In this document: piece by piece, positions 21,196-32,310 of the stretch | How the letters are laid out: each line of letters starts with the position of its first letter | How positions within the stretch are numbered: position 1 is the first letter of the stretch | Assembly: GCA_043228905.1 (NCBI GenBank) | Contig: JBHGNT010000010.1 | Span: 18,414,001 to 18,478,000, forward strand | Origin: Azolla caroliniana | Taxonomy: Eukaryota > Plantae > Polypodiophyta | Reading direction: 5' to 3' | Length of the DNA: 64,000 nucleotides | Program-made: the position numbers and the translations under genes | The notes under the pieces: generated by a model | The model's input: the letters and a program-made list of their open reading frames with translations, nothing else | Database searches by the model: none | Told to the model about the DNA's origin: nothing

Positions 21196-24100
21196 GTGCA
21201 GACGCCGAAATTAAAAAGTAAGATGCTAATTATGGCAGAAGATACGCACGCGCGAAAAACAGGAAAAGGCGGCTCGAGGGAAACGCCACTATATAAAGGA
21301 AGAACCGGGGAAGGGTTCACTTTTTACGAATTTTCCCACAAGCAAACGCAGGCTCATGACAGCAAGATCCGACGCGCAGAACACCTACACCCCGACCTCA
21401 GACCACAGGCAGCAGCAAACGAAGAAGAAGCGATGGCACTGTCGGACGGAGCGCGACAATGGCTGACGGAGAACGGATTAGGAGGGCTGCTGCGGGTCGC
21501 TGATGCTCCACCACACAAGGAACCAGAGCAGGCGGCAACAGCGGTAGACTTAGCAGAGGTCACTGAAGGAGCGGTACAAGCGCTCACAGGGATTTCGGAG
21601 GGAGGACTTCAGACGATAGAGCTACCCTCGAGCCAAATATTCTTCGAGTATTTCGGCGAATACTCCCTTAGCAGCAAGGCGTATCGCACACAGGGCGGAG
21701 AGAACCTGCTGTTCGGAGAGGTGGCCCGCGCCCTGATGGAGTATGGGTTCGTGAACCCTCGTCCGGCAGCTATAGCCAAATACCGAGCAGCGATCGTCGC
21801 CGCGACATTCGAAGGCCTGCAGGTGGACTGGCTCCACTTCATCACCGAAGGACTGCAAGAGGCGATCAAGCACTTGGTGGAAGGGAAGAAGCCATGGTCC
21901 GGAATATCCCAATGGTTAACAGTGTTGGTCCCACCGGTGTCCCCCATCAAGCACAAGCAAAGAAGTCGGCAGGAGACTACCCCGAAGCAAACCATGAAAC
22001 GCCGACGAATCTTAGAAAAACACACTCCAGGATGGACACAGGAAGAAGAAGCGCCGCCAGAAGAGGGATCATCCCGACAGCCGCGGAAAGAAGGCTCATC
22101 TCGACAACCGAGGGAAGAAGACTCCTCCCGACAGCAACGGGAGGAAGGCTCATCACGACAGCCACAGAAACAGCAACAGCAACCGACCACGAAGAAGAAA
22201 AAGGCGGAGAAAGGCAAGGAGAAGCTGGCGAAGAAAACCAGCAAGAGACAAACCGACACCGAACCAGTAACGCTCGAATCGGAACCGGTACCAGTAAAGG
22301 AACCGATAGTCGCAGCGACGGAGGACGCCGAAACAGAGGAAGAGTCATCCGAACCGATGTTAATACTACCACCCAGGCAAGGGAAGGAGAAACGGGCGAC
22401 AAGACCGACCCCAACAGCGGTCGGAACTCAACAACGGGCGGAAGAACCAGTAACCGGAACAGAAGCGACACAGGATGAAGGTTCGTCTGCACCAAAGACG
22501 GCAGTACCGGAACCGACAGCGGCGGAGTTCGAAGAACCAAGGAAGGAACAAGCGCCGGAACAAGAGAAGAGGCCGGAGAAACAGCCGGAGCTAGGCACGC
22601 CTGCTGACACCAACGAAGGCAGAACAAAGGCACAATGGCTAAGGTGGTTGTCAGGACAGTTGTCGGGAGTAGCAGACCAGATGGAGAAAGAGGAGGAGCA
22701 AAGAGAAGAAGTGACTAGGACGATGACTAAGGATATGGTCATGCTCCGGGCACAATTACATGAGCTGCAAGAAGAGATAGCACAGGCAAAAGAAGGCAGC
22801 CGACAAGCACGAGATGGCACCGAGCCGGTCGGGACATCAGAAAAGCAAGCCGAACCACAAACGGAGAAGGTCTTGCAAACCGGCCCTGAGACCGAGAAGT
22901 TAATAGCAACTTTGAAAGAAGAATTACAGGCTCAGGAGGCATTGAGAGATAACGAAAGAGAACAGCGGAAGTTGGTAGAAGACGACAGACGGCGAATGGA
23001 GGAAGGCCTTCGCCAAAGCAAAGCCACCAATGACCGACTACAAGAAGAAAACGGGACACTGCAAAAGGAAAAAGATAGGCTGCGCCGCCGAATGGAGCAG
23101 GAAATTGAGCGGTTGCGAGAGGAACTCCGACAACAAAAGGACCGGGATGATCAGTTGCGAGCTCAGGCGAACCGACGCCTAAAACAGAAGACGGAGGAAT
23201 TCGACCGACTATGTAAGGATTATAAACAGGCCACGTCGGACATCAAGAATCAGGCAGCAACGTACGACCGACAGATGGAGAAGCTGAAAGAGCAGCTCAA
23301 GGAAAACCGCTTGGAATTGTCCAAAGCAAGGGAGGAAGTATCGGCGGAGAAGACCTTGACGTCGGAACAAAGAAAGGAGATGGAAGTACTTCGGCAGAAA
23401 GTAGGGGAACTGACAAAGAGCCGGAACGAGGAAAAAGTGAAGTTGACTTTCGAAATCAACAAATGGCGGAGTACCTGTGACAAGCAGAAAGTCGACTCTG
23501 AAGCTCAAGCTCAGTTAATGGCCGACATCATCAAACGGATAAGGAAGGAAAAACAAGCAGCTTCGGAACAGGCTAAAGCAGGGGTTGACCGAATTAAGTT
23601 CATCATGTCAAGCTGGAGTACCCGAGCTCAGGCCAGCATAAATGAAAGCACGGAGAAACTCTGGAAGGAATGGGCACAACAGGCAGCTGAACTGCAGATA
23701 CTCCGAGCTGATGCAGAAAATCGGAAGAAAAACGGAGATGGGTTCTATAAAATGGACGAAGAAAGTATCGTCAACATCCGGGAAGAACTGTCGGAGGATT
23801 TCTATGCTCTAGCAGAAGAACATCTCAAGGAAATCCGAGGGTTAGTAGAGAGGTTGGATGACGGACAGCTCGAAACCCAACTAGAATTGGAAGGGTACGA
23901 GAAGGACCGACTGCGACAGGAAGCCGAGGGACACACAACGCCGATCTCCATTAGTGAGGGCGAGCGACCGGCTGAAGAGGACCCAACCAACAATGTACCC
24001 GAGGAAGAACTTCCGGAGCAAGAGCAGGATGATGCCGGGGATGATGCAGAGTGGAGACAGAGAAGTACCGAATCCGGGGAGGAAAGGACACAACCAGTGG

Positions 24101-24315
24101 AAACCGGAGAGAGCGATACCGGGAACGGAACGGAGGTGGAGCAGGACAGACCCAGACAGGATACAGAAGAAACACCGGTACCACCGGTACAAGCAGAGTC
24201 GGAGCAGCAAGATGCGAAAAGGCAGCCAATCCAATCGGACGTCGGAGACGGCACAGGCAAAACAACACTTGAAACCTCGGAGCGGAGTTTGCCTGATAAT
24301 TTGAAGGAAGACTGA
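21196..24315 (+). CDS. Element D ORF2: large acidic, coiled-coil protein of unknown function in the env position (likely ATG 21223 or 21433)
   Basis: 1039 open codons inside an element with identical LTRs. Globular-looking N-terminal ~170 aa, EEGSSRQP-type repeats, long E/K/R/Q-rich helical region, acidic tail. No obvious transmembrane segment. Confidence 0.88.
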   Translation: MQTPKLKSKMLIMAEDTHARKTGKGGSRETPLYKGRTGEGFTFYEFSHKQTQAHDSKIRRAEHLHPDLRPQAAANEEEAMALSDGARQWLTENGLGGLLRVADAPPHKEPEQAATAVDLAEVTEGAVQALTGISEGGLQTIELPSSQIFFEYFGEYSLSSKAYRTQGGENLLFGEVARALMEYGFVNPRPAAIAKYRAAIVAATFEGLQVDWLHFITEGLQEAIKHLVEGKKPWSGISQWLTVLVPPVSPIKHKQRSRQETTPKQTMKRRRILEKHTPGWTQEEEAPPEEGSSRQPRKEGSSRQPREEDSSRQQREEGSSRQPQKQQQQPTTKKKKAEKGKEKLAKKTSKRQTDTEPVTLESEPVPVKEPIVAATEDAETEEESSEPMLILPPRQGKEKRATRPTPTAVGTQQRAEEPVTGTEATQDEGSSAPKTAVPEPTAAEFEEPRKEQAPEQEKRPEKQPELGTPADTNEGRTKAQWLRWLSGQLSGVADQMEKEEEQREEVTRTMTKDMVMLRAQLHELQEEIAQAKEGSRQARDGTEPVGTSEKQAEPQTEKVLQTGPETEKLIATLKEELQAQEALRDNEREQRKLVEDDRRRMEEGLRQSKATNDRLQEENGTLQKEKDRLRRRMEQEIERLREELRQQKDRDDQLRAQANRRLKQKTEEFDRLCKDYKQATSDIKNQAATYDRQMEKLKEQLKENRLELSKAREEVSAEKTLTSEQRKEMEVLRQKVGELTKSRNEEKVKLTFEINKWRSTCDKQKVDSEAQAQLMADIIKRIRKEKQAASEQAKAGVDRIKFIMSSWSTRAQASINESTEKLWKEWAQQAAELQILRADAENRKKNGDGFYKMDEESIVNIREELSEDFYALAEEHLKEIRGLVERLDDGQLETQLELEGYEKDRLRQEAEGHTTPISISEGERPAEEDPTNNVPEEELPEQEQDDAGDDAEWRQRSTESGEERTQPVETGESDTGNGTEVEQDRPRQDTEETPVPPVQAESEQQDAKRQPIQSDVGDGTGKTTLETSERSLPDNLKED

Positions 24316-24365
24316 AGCCGGCTGTGGGTTCGAAGTGCAATGCACTTTCCCACGGGCGTGCCATG

Positions 24366-24737
24366 TGTTGGCCGGTCAGAGAAGGCAAATGGGAAAGCAA
24401 GGTCGGATCGGATAAATATAGAAATAGGAATAGAATTATTAGGAGGGACGGATCCGGTAGTTGTAACCGATCCGGATCCGAACCGATTCGGTTTCGGTTA
24501 ACGGTTGCCTACCGAGCACCGATTGTAATCTGGCCGGATGCCTATAAAAAGGATCCGATGTTTTGTAATGAAAGCACGAAGAATTAATATAGTTTTGCTT
24601 ATGCTGATTCATCTTGTCTTCGTCTGTGCTTAAGTGTAATTATCATACGCGTGTATTAACATCCTATCCCTACCACCCCTTTGGAGAAGTGTCGGATAGA
24701 CACCTGTGTTGCGGCTAGTCCAGCCATACATACAACA
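24366..24737 (+). repeat. 3' LTR of element D
   Basis: Matches 14702-15073. Confidence 0.96.
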
Positions 24738-24742
24738 CTATT

Positions 24743-25163
24743 TCTGTCCCCAGTCGGTATCCGCCCTTCCTGGGGTTATCTTGTGGGCCGGACCCACCGG
24801 CATCGTTCCGTCGTTGCCCGAATCGGGTCTCGTACCGTTGTGAGGGCCCGGCCGCTCCGGCTTTCCCCACCCGTTTGTCTTCAACCAGAGCCTCGTAGTT
24901 CCGGTAGGCGGCTTCTACAAAGCCCGTCTTCTCCTCGACCGGATCGCTCCACCCGGTTATTTCCCGGACCCGTCTCTCAACGCGGTCCGTTTCATCTTTC
25001 CTTAGCCGTGCGCCGGCAAGACCTTCGAGCATTGCCGACCAGAATCCGTCTTTGCCCTCCTTTCGGGCCTCGCTGCCCCCGACCCGAATGCCGGCCGACG
25101 CCGAGTAGTGGATGGCCTCCACATGTCGGGCCGTTGCCTCTTCCATCAGTCTCTTCATCCCTC
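24743..25163 (-). pseudogene. Element C gag middle segment (between D and E)
   Basis: GMKRLMEEATARHVEAIHYSASAGIRVG...YRLGTEI is homologous to B from 4316 and A from 33496. Confidence 0.9.
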
Positions 25164-28100
25164 TGTTGGAGACGAGGTCGTCTATGCGGAAGATCAAGAA
25201 GCATTCGATTGGTTCTTGAATACCTGCGTATGACAGTTCGTAGGTCGTTGCACAGAGAGAGAGAGAAAGAGAGAGAGAGAGAGGCACAAAAGACTTTCTA
25301 TTCAATAGAATCAATAATACAACACCCAACCTTACAAAAAGGTTACAAGGTCACTATATATAGAGACCGACTTAGGGCAACTACCCTTTATGCTAATTAC
25401 ACAAATGGCCCAAAGGGATAGTGTGAATACGTCCATTATACACTTGTATTCGACACTCCCCCGTAATGGGCGTATACATGGGTTATCTAAGATTACAGGT
25501 ATAGACTTAGGTTCTCGGACATATCAGCTTTGTTCGAGTCGGCAGGGTCCGAAGGCAGAAGACCGAATTGGTCGGGTCGGAACAGTTGAAGCCGATCATT
25601 AAGGAACTGATGTCGGTTGTCGGGAACCATCCTGCTCTGTGTCCGGCTCTAACCGGACTGGTTTGTCGTTACGCCCATCTGATGCCGAAGAGACCGAAAG
25701 CGGTCTGCCGAAAGAGACTTGGTCATTCCATCTGCGACATTGTCGGTTGTGGATATTTTCTCTAGACCGATTTTCCCTGAGATGACGCAGTCCCGAACGA
25801 AGTGATATCGAACGTCGATATGTTTGGAGGCGTTGTGGTGAACCGGATTTTTCGACAGGGCAACAGCACCTTGACTGTCGCTATAGACAACTGGGGCCGA
25901 GTCATGATCGACTTGCCGAAACGTGTGCGCCAGCCGACCGAGCCATAAGGCTTCTTTTGCTGCGTCGGACGCAGCTACATATTCTGCTTCGGTCGTTGAG
26001 GTCGCTGTGCACTCCTGAAGTTTCGACTTCCGCGAAATTGCTCCATTGCCGAATTTGAAGCAGTATCCGGTTGTTGATTTCCGACTGTCTATACAGCCGG
26101 CGAAGTCCGAGTCGGTGTAACCGACTACGCCTGAGGTTCGGTTCGGACCGAAGAGAATGTCGTGGTCTATTGTGCCAGCCAGATATCTGAACACATGCTT
26201 GACTGCGTTCCAATGCGATCGGCCGGGATTGTGCATAAATCTGCTAACGACTCCTACGGCGTGAGAAATATCAGGCCGTGTCGCGACCATCAGGTACATA
26301 AGGGAGCCGACTGCCGGTGCATACGGTACCGACTTCATATCTTCCCCCTCCGGGCCGGATGTCGGGCAGTCTCGCTGAGAGAGCCGAAGATTCATGGGGA
26401 GCGGGGTTGAAGCAGATTTGGCTGATTGCATGTTGAAGCGTTCCAAGATACGTCGGATATAGTCGGTCTGAGACAAAAAAATATGTCGTTTATCGCGATG
26501 CCGACTAATCTTCATGCCGAGTATGTGTCGTGCCGGACCGAGGTCCTTCATGGCAAACTTCAACCGCAGTTGCCGAATGAGATCGGCAAGTTCGCCCGCG
26601 TGGCGTCCAGAAATTAGCATGTCGTCCACGTAAATGATGAGGAAGATGGGTGATCCATCTTGAGCTGTGTTGGTGAAGAGACAATGGTCCTCATCGCTTT
26701 TGGAGAAGCCGATCGATTGGATGAAGTCGTCGAACTTCTTGTACCATTGTCGTGGTGCCTGTTTGAGGCCGTATAGACTCTTCCTGAGTCGGCAGACTAG
26801 ATGTTCTTGGCCAGTTGCCACCAAGCCTTTTGGCTGCTCCATATAAATTTCCTCCTCGAGATCACCATGGAGGAAGGCTGTTTTGACATCTAGCTGAATC
26901 AGCTCCAAGTTGTCGGCTGCCACTACGCCGAGTAGAAAACGAAGGGTTGTCATTTTCACCACTGGTGAAAAGATCTCGTCGAAGTCGACGCCATATTCTT
27001 GTCGGAAGCCCTTCGCAACTAATCTGGCCTTGTACTTTGGGGTGGTCGAATCAGACGTCTCTTTTAGTCCATAAACCCACTTGCAAGGAAGAGCACGTCG
27101 GTTCTTAGGTAATTCGACCAGATCCCAAGTCTTGTTTGCCCGAATGGAGTGCATTTCCGACTCCATCGCCAGATGCCAGGTGGCTGAATCGACAGATGTC
27201 GATGCTTCTTCGTAAGACGTCGGTTCGCCGGCGTCGGTGAAGAAAATTCCAGGAGAGTACCTCTCCGGAGGTTGCGACAGTCTCTCGGATCGTCGAGGTA
27301 TGATTGGACTGGTCGCATCGGGTATCGTGGTCGGATGGTCCGAAAGCGGATTGTTCTGCTGTGCCGAGTCGGAGTTGTCCAAGTCGGTAGTGTAAGGTTC
27401 AGCTACCCGTGAAGCTGACCGTGTGTTGAGAGCGGGGCCTTCTTGAAGGGTCGGCACATCGGAAAATGTTACCCTTCGGACTTCGATCGGTTTTTCGACT
27501 GATGGATTCATAGCCGACTCGTTGAACACAACGTCCGAACTTCGGACGATTTGTCTGCGTTCGGGATCCCAGAGTCGGTATCCCATTTCGCCGTCGGATC
27601 CATATCCAAGGAAAATGCATTTCCTGGACCGAGGTGCAAGTTTTCGGCGATCATCTTTCGGAATAAGGGCGTACGCCTCGCATCCGAAGATCCTCAGCTT
27701 GTCGTAATTCGGCTTATTGCCGATCCATCGTTCCTGAGGAATTTGAAGTCCTAGAGGTCTACTTGGCGACATATTGATTATGTGTACTGCCGTGAGTAGA
27801 GCCTCTGCCCAGAAGCCATCCGACAGTCCGGAGTGTTGGAGCATGGAAACTATTCGTTCTTGGATTGTGCGATTCATGCGTTCGGCAATCCCGTTTTGCT
27901 CCGGGCTGTGTGGTGCCGTAAATTCACGTCGGATGCCGCGTTGTCGGCAGAATTTGACGAATTCTTCGGATTTGAACTCTCCCCCATTGTCTGTCCGAAA
28001 GCATTTCAGCTTTCGGTCGGTTTGATTTTCTACCATAGCGAGCCAATCGGTGAAGATCGAGAAGACCCGATCTTTGGTGCGAATCGGATAAGCCCACACC

Positions 28101-30639
28101 TTTCGAGTCGAATCGTCAATAAAAGTGATGAAGTAAGAGGCACCGCCGAGAGACTGATGCGGCATTGGGCCACAGACGTCCGAGTGGACCAAATCAAGAG
28201 GTCTCGTTTCTCTTGGTGCTGATGTCGGGTGTGATGCGGCTGCTTGTTTGCCATACTGGCAATGCTCGCAGAATTGATGGTCGGAGAAGGAGAGTTTTGG
28301 GATGTATCCGGCTCTAGATAGATGCGTAATGCCGGCCTTGCTGAGGTGTCCTAATCTTCTGTGCCATAGTGATGACACAGGAATATCCACCAAAAACAGG
28401 TTACCCTCTCTGAGCGTAACATGTAACGGATACAGTGAGTGTATCTTGGGTCCTCTAGCAAGCAGGAGGTTCCCCCTGTGGAGTGTCCACCCTCCCGAAG
28501 AAAAACCGGCACGAATGCCGTCTTCATCTAGTTGTCCGACTGAGATCAATGGCCTTGAGAGCTCGGGTACATGTCGGACATTGTGGAGTACAAGTGTAGA
28601 GCCACCTGCAAGGTTGAGCTCTACTGTGCCGATTCCGATGATGTCACAGTGTTGTGAGTTGCCGACTCGAACTGAGTCGGAGTGACGGATCGTATATTGC
28701 CGAAATTGGGATCGATGAGGAGTCACGTGAAATGACGCGCCCGAATCTAAGAGCCATGTGCTCGACTCTTCAGTCGTGAGTAGGACTTCTGATCCGACTG
28801 GATTTTCGATTGATAGTATATTCGGGTCGTCTGGTAGCACATCAGCTGAGAAGCTGACGTAATTGATCTCCTCATGCCGGCCACTCTTCTTGTTGTTCTT
28901 GTTCTTGAGTGCGCGGCAGTCGGCTTTGATGTGTCCGGGTTTCTTGCAATAGTTGCAGATTCAGTTATCCCGTGACTGGCTCCGTCTTCGCTGATTGTTC
29001 GGCGGCCGTGAGGAATCTCTTCCTCGTATGTTCGATCGGTCTGTCGAACCTTGTACTACATAAGCGTCGTCTGTTGAGTCTTTGGCGAAAGACTTTCTCC
29101 GAGCTGCTTCGGTCAGGATTGCGCTCGTGACTTCAGAGTACTTAACAGCCGTGGTTGACGCGTTGCACACGGTTGTGACGAAAGTTTCCCATGATGAGGG
29201 AAGGCTACTCATGAGTATCATTGCTCTGAGTTCATCCTCGATTGCCGTCCCCTGTGACGAGATTTGGGAGCTTATGCTTTCGTACTCATTGAGGTGTGCT
29301 TGAACCGAATCGGATTCTTTCATCCGCAAGTTGTAGAGGCGCCGGATCAGAAACATCTTCGTTGCGGCGACCTTCTTTTCGTAAGTGTCCGACAGTGTTT
29401 TCCACAGTTCGAATGCTGTCGTACACGATTGCACCGTAAAGTATACCGATTCCGATAGGTGCATCCGAATCGTGGCGCGGACGATTCTGTCCAGCTTCTG
29501 CCACTCAATTGGTTTGTATCCTTCTGGAGGTTCTTCATTTTCGATGGGATCGATTTGCCCCTTGACTATGAGATAGTCCTGCATTTGTTCCTTCCAGAAG
29601 TTGAAGTTCGATCCATCGAACTTTCGTAGACTCATTTCTGACGAGCCGGATGTTGATGCCATCAAATTGGGTTTCGGTTGACGAAGCTCGGTTCGGAGTT
29701 GACTACGAGCCTTGTTGGAGTGCAGCCGGTTGGCTCACCCGATATCGTTCTAGTCGGATTTGAACCCGAGTCGGTTCGGCTTCGGAACTTGCTCGAATTG
29801 ACTCCGGTAGCTTGAGGGACAGAACCGACTGGTCTTCCCGAATGTTGCCGAGTCGGAGTGAGCCCGGTTCGCTTCGGATATATATATATGCCGAATACCG
29901 ATTATTGAAACCGATTATCTGGACCGATTCTGCTTCGGGTGGCTGCAGCGACGAGAGAGACAGATCCAACTGATCCTCCCGAATGTCGATCAGCCGGATG
30001 AAGCGCGAATTGGGGTTGTTGTCTTGAGACCGATCTGCACCGAGTGGTTACAACGAGCGACGAGCAGCGTTTAATGACCTTTTCGGATGCTGTTTAACCG
30101 AGTGGAGCACGATCGTGCCAATGTTGCACAAGGGGATTTCACCTCGAGCGGTTACGATCACAAGGAACAGAGTACAACCTGCTGGCCTACTCCAAGCGAA
30201 GATGATCTAACGCGATGAGATGCAAGCCTCGTTTCTCTTCTTCTTCTCTCTTCTTCGAATGACGCAGGAAACCGAATGTTGTGCAGGCTGAGACGACGGC
30301 CGACAGCAGATTGAAGGACCGACTACTGTGCAGGCTCTGATACCAGATGTTGGAGACGAGGTCGTCTATGCGGAAGATCAAGAAGCATTCGATTGGTTCT
30401 TGAATACCTGCGTATGACAGTTCGTAGGTCGTTGCACAGAGAGAGAGAGAAAGAGAGAGAGAGAGAGGCACAAAAGACTTTCTATTCAATAGAATCAATA
30501 ATACAACACCCAACCTTACAAAAAGGTTACAAGGTCACTATATATAGAGACCGACTTAGGGCAACTACCCTTTATGCTAATTACACAAATGGCCCAAAGG
30601 GATAGTGTGAATACGTCCATTATACACTTGTATTCGACA
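25164..30639 (-). mobile_element. Young Ty1/Copia element E
   Basis: 292-bp LTRs 25164-25455 and 30348-30639, identical by eye. 5-bp TSD CCCTC at 25159-25163 and 30640-30644. tRNA-iMet PBS TGGTATCAGAGC at 30334-30345; PPT GGGGGAG next to the 3' LTR. Confidence 0.97.
25649..29662 (-). pseudogene. Copia E Gag-Pol, a single frame broken by one in-frame TGA at 28961-28963
   Basis: Gag (KFDGSNFNFWK), stop, then CNYCKKPGHIKADC, WLLDSGAS (PR), HSDVCGP and RTDNGGEF (IN), YVDDML (RT), NVADGMTK (RH), all in one frame. Confidence 0.93.
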
Positions 30640-30644
30640 CCCTC

Positions 30645-31644
30645 CTCGCCCGTCGTTTCGGTTCAGGGCCCTCCTGGTGTCGCCGGCGTGCACCCGGCCT
30701 TCCCACAGGTACACCACCCGGTTCCTCAACGCTTCTGCGAAATCGCCGCAGTCCTTCCGGATGTGGCCAACCTCGACGCACCACATGCACCTGTTCCCTG
30801 TTGCCGGCCGTCGGTCACGAGCCGGTTCGCCGCCTTCCCTTCGAGTCTGGGCGATCCGGAGATCCTTTATCGCCCGCGTCAACTCCTCCAGCGCAGCTCC
30901 TCCAGACGAGCCATTGACCATGCCGGTCGAAGCCGGACCGGTTTCGAGCCATTCCCGGGTTTCTTCCCTTCGCACTTGCGGTGCCGGTTCAAGCCTCCTT
31001 GCTGTGACAGAGCCCGCACCGGCTGCCCCGTTGTCAGCCCATTCTCGCCGTTTGTCGAAACGGCCACAGACTCTCTTAACCACAGCCCAATCGGTTGTCA
31101 GCCCATCCTCGGTTTCCAGCAAGGAGCCGACTTGGTCCCGGTCCCGCTCGTCCACCGACTTGACGAACAGTAGGACCCGGCTCGTATCCAGAACGGTTCG
31201 GTCAAGCGCCGAAAGGCGCGCAAAGCGTTCTTCGAACTCCCGGAGGAGTGCCGTCGCGTTTCTTCCCTTGCCGGGGAACTCCACCCATTCCATGAAGTCC
31301 CGTTTCGAAAGCCGGAGCGCGTCGTCCAGCCCGTATTTTTCTAGGAGTCGGCCTTCGAACTCCTCCCAGGTACGGCTCTCCGCCCGCACCTCAAGCACCT
31401 CCGCATGGATGCTTGGCATCGCCATTCGAGGAAACCCGGCAAGACGCCTCTCTTCCGGAATGTCCCGCATCAGCATTTCAGCCCCGTAGGACGCCAAATA
31501 CTTCGTGGCATCCTTTCCGCTGAACCGGCCAATCGTACCGACGACCGCCTCAATGGCTCTGTCGAGGGCACCGGTGCCCTCGCGTGCACTCAATATCCGA
31601 TCCACGGCCGAAGCCATGGCCTCTGCAAGATCCGACCCTTTCAT
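30645..31644 (-). pseudogene. Element C gag N-terminal segment
   Basis: MKGSDLAEAM...CMWCVEVGHIRKDC (zinc knuckle)...NDGRGG. Confidence 0.92.
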
Positions 31645-31666
31645 CTTCTGCTCTTCTGCCGCCTCC

Positions 31667-31684
31667 TTCACGTCGGGTTCACCA
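31667..31684 (-). promoter_or_regulatory. Primer binding site, tRNA-Trp (element C)
   Basis: Minus strand TGGTGAACCCGACGTGAA, 4 nt after the LTR end. Confidence 0.88.
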
Positions 31685-31688
31685 AAGA

Positions 31689-32310
31689 TGTCGAGGTATT
31701 CCTCACAGATGCGTGGAATGAGGCGGGACCTCGGGGGTCCTATACCGAAGGGCAAGAGAGAAAGGAGAAGAGACCCACTACGTGCGAGAGTAGATTCACA
31801 GGGACACGGCCCTTCGACACAAAGACACGAGTGGGACAACGACACACAGAGACACGAATGTATGTATGTATTAACAAAGACAAACAACAAAACACGAAGT
31901 CGGTTACAACCGAACAGGCCGGCGAACAGATGCTGATACCTGTTCGTAAACGCAAAGAAAGGAAGGAGTAGGTTGGAGGTGCTGCCGGAAGCACTCGGGC
32001 ATTCCTCAGAGCAGCGCGAGCCTCCCGAAACCTGCACAGAAGGAAGCTATGGCGTTTGCGAACCAGAGAGAGAGAGAAGCCTTCGCCCACGAACCGACAG
32101 CACTTCGTCCTTGACTCTCCGCTATCCCTTCACCCCTCCTCATCTCCCTCCTTTTATAGGCAAGGAAGGAGTCGTTTCCCCTTTACTTCCTACCTACCGA
32201 ATCTGCCTGCCTAGGATCTCCTATGTACAACATAAGGCGCACGTGCAGGAAGAGTCGGTTCCTACACTCCGATGCACCGATTCCGCTTGTGGACGGTTTT
32301 CTTCACGACA
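31689..32310 (-). repeat. 5' LTR of element C
   Basis: Repeat of 9934-10530 with scattered substitutions and a 25-bp indel. Confidence 0.94.

Larger units (their letters stand above)
14702..24737 (+). mobile_element. Young, apparently intact non-chromoviral Ty3/Gypsy element D with an extra 3' ORF
   Basis: 372-bp LTRs 14702-15073 and 24366-24737, identical by eye (TG...CA). 5-bp TSD CTATT at 14697-14701 and 24738-24742. Two uninterrupted long ORFs. Confidence 0.96.
9934..32310 (-). mobile_element. Ty3/Gypsy LTR retrotransposon C (same lineage), inserted in the tandem array of the B 3' LTR
   Basis: LTRs 9934-10530 and 31689-32310. 4-bp TSD ACGT at 9930-9933 and 32311-32314. PBS 31667-31684. 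Confidence 0.95.

Noticed and set aside
21196-24315. Calling ORF2 a true envelope gene or a captured SMC/myosin gene
   Set aside because: No signal peptide, transmembrane helix or NTPase motif is visible; the resemblance is compositional only.
30577-32037. 486-aa ORF as a complete protein
   Set aside because: It starts inside the C LTR and ends inside the E LTR; only 30645-31644 is Gag.
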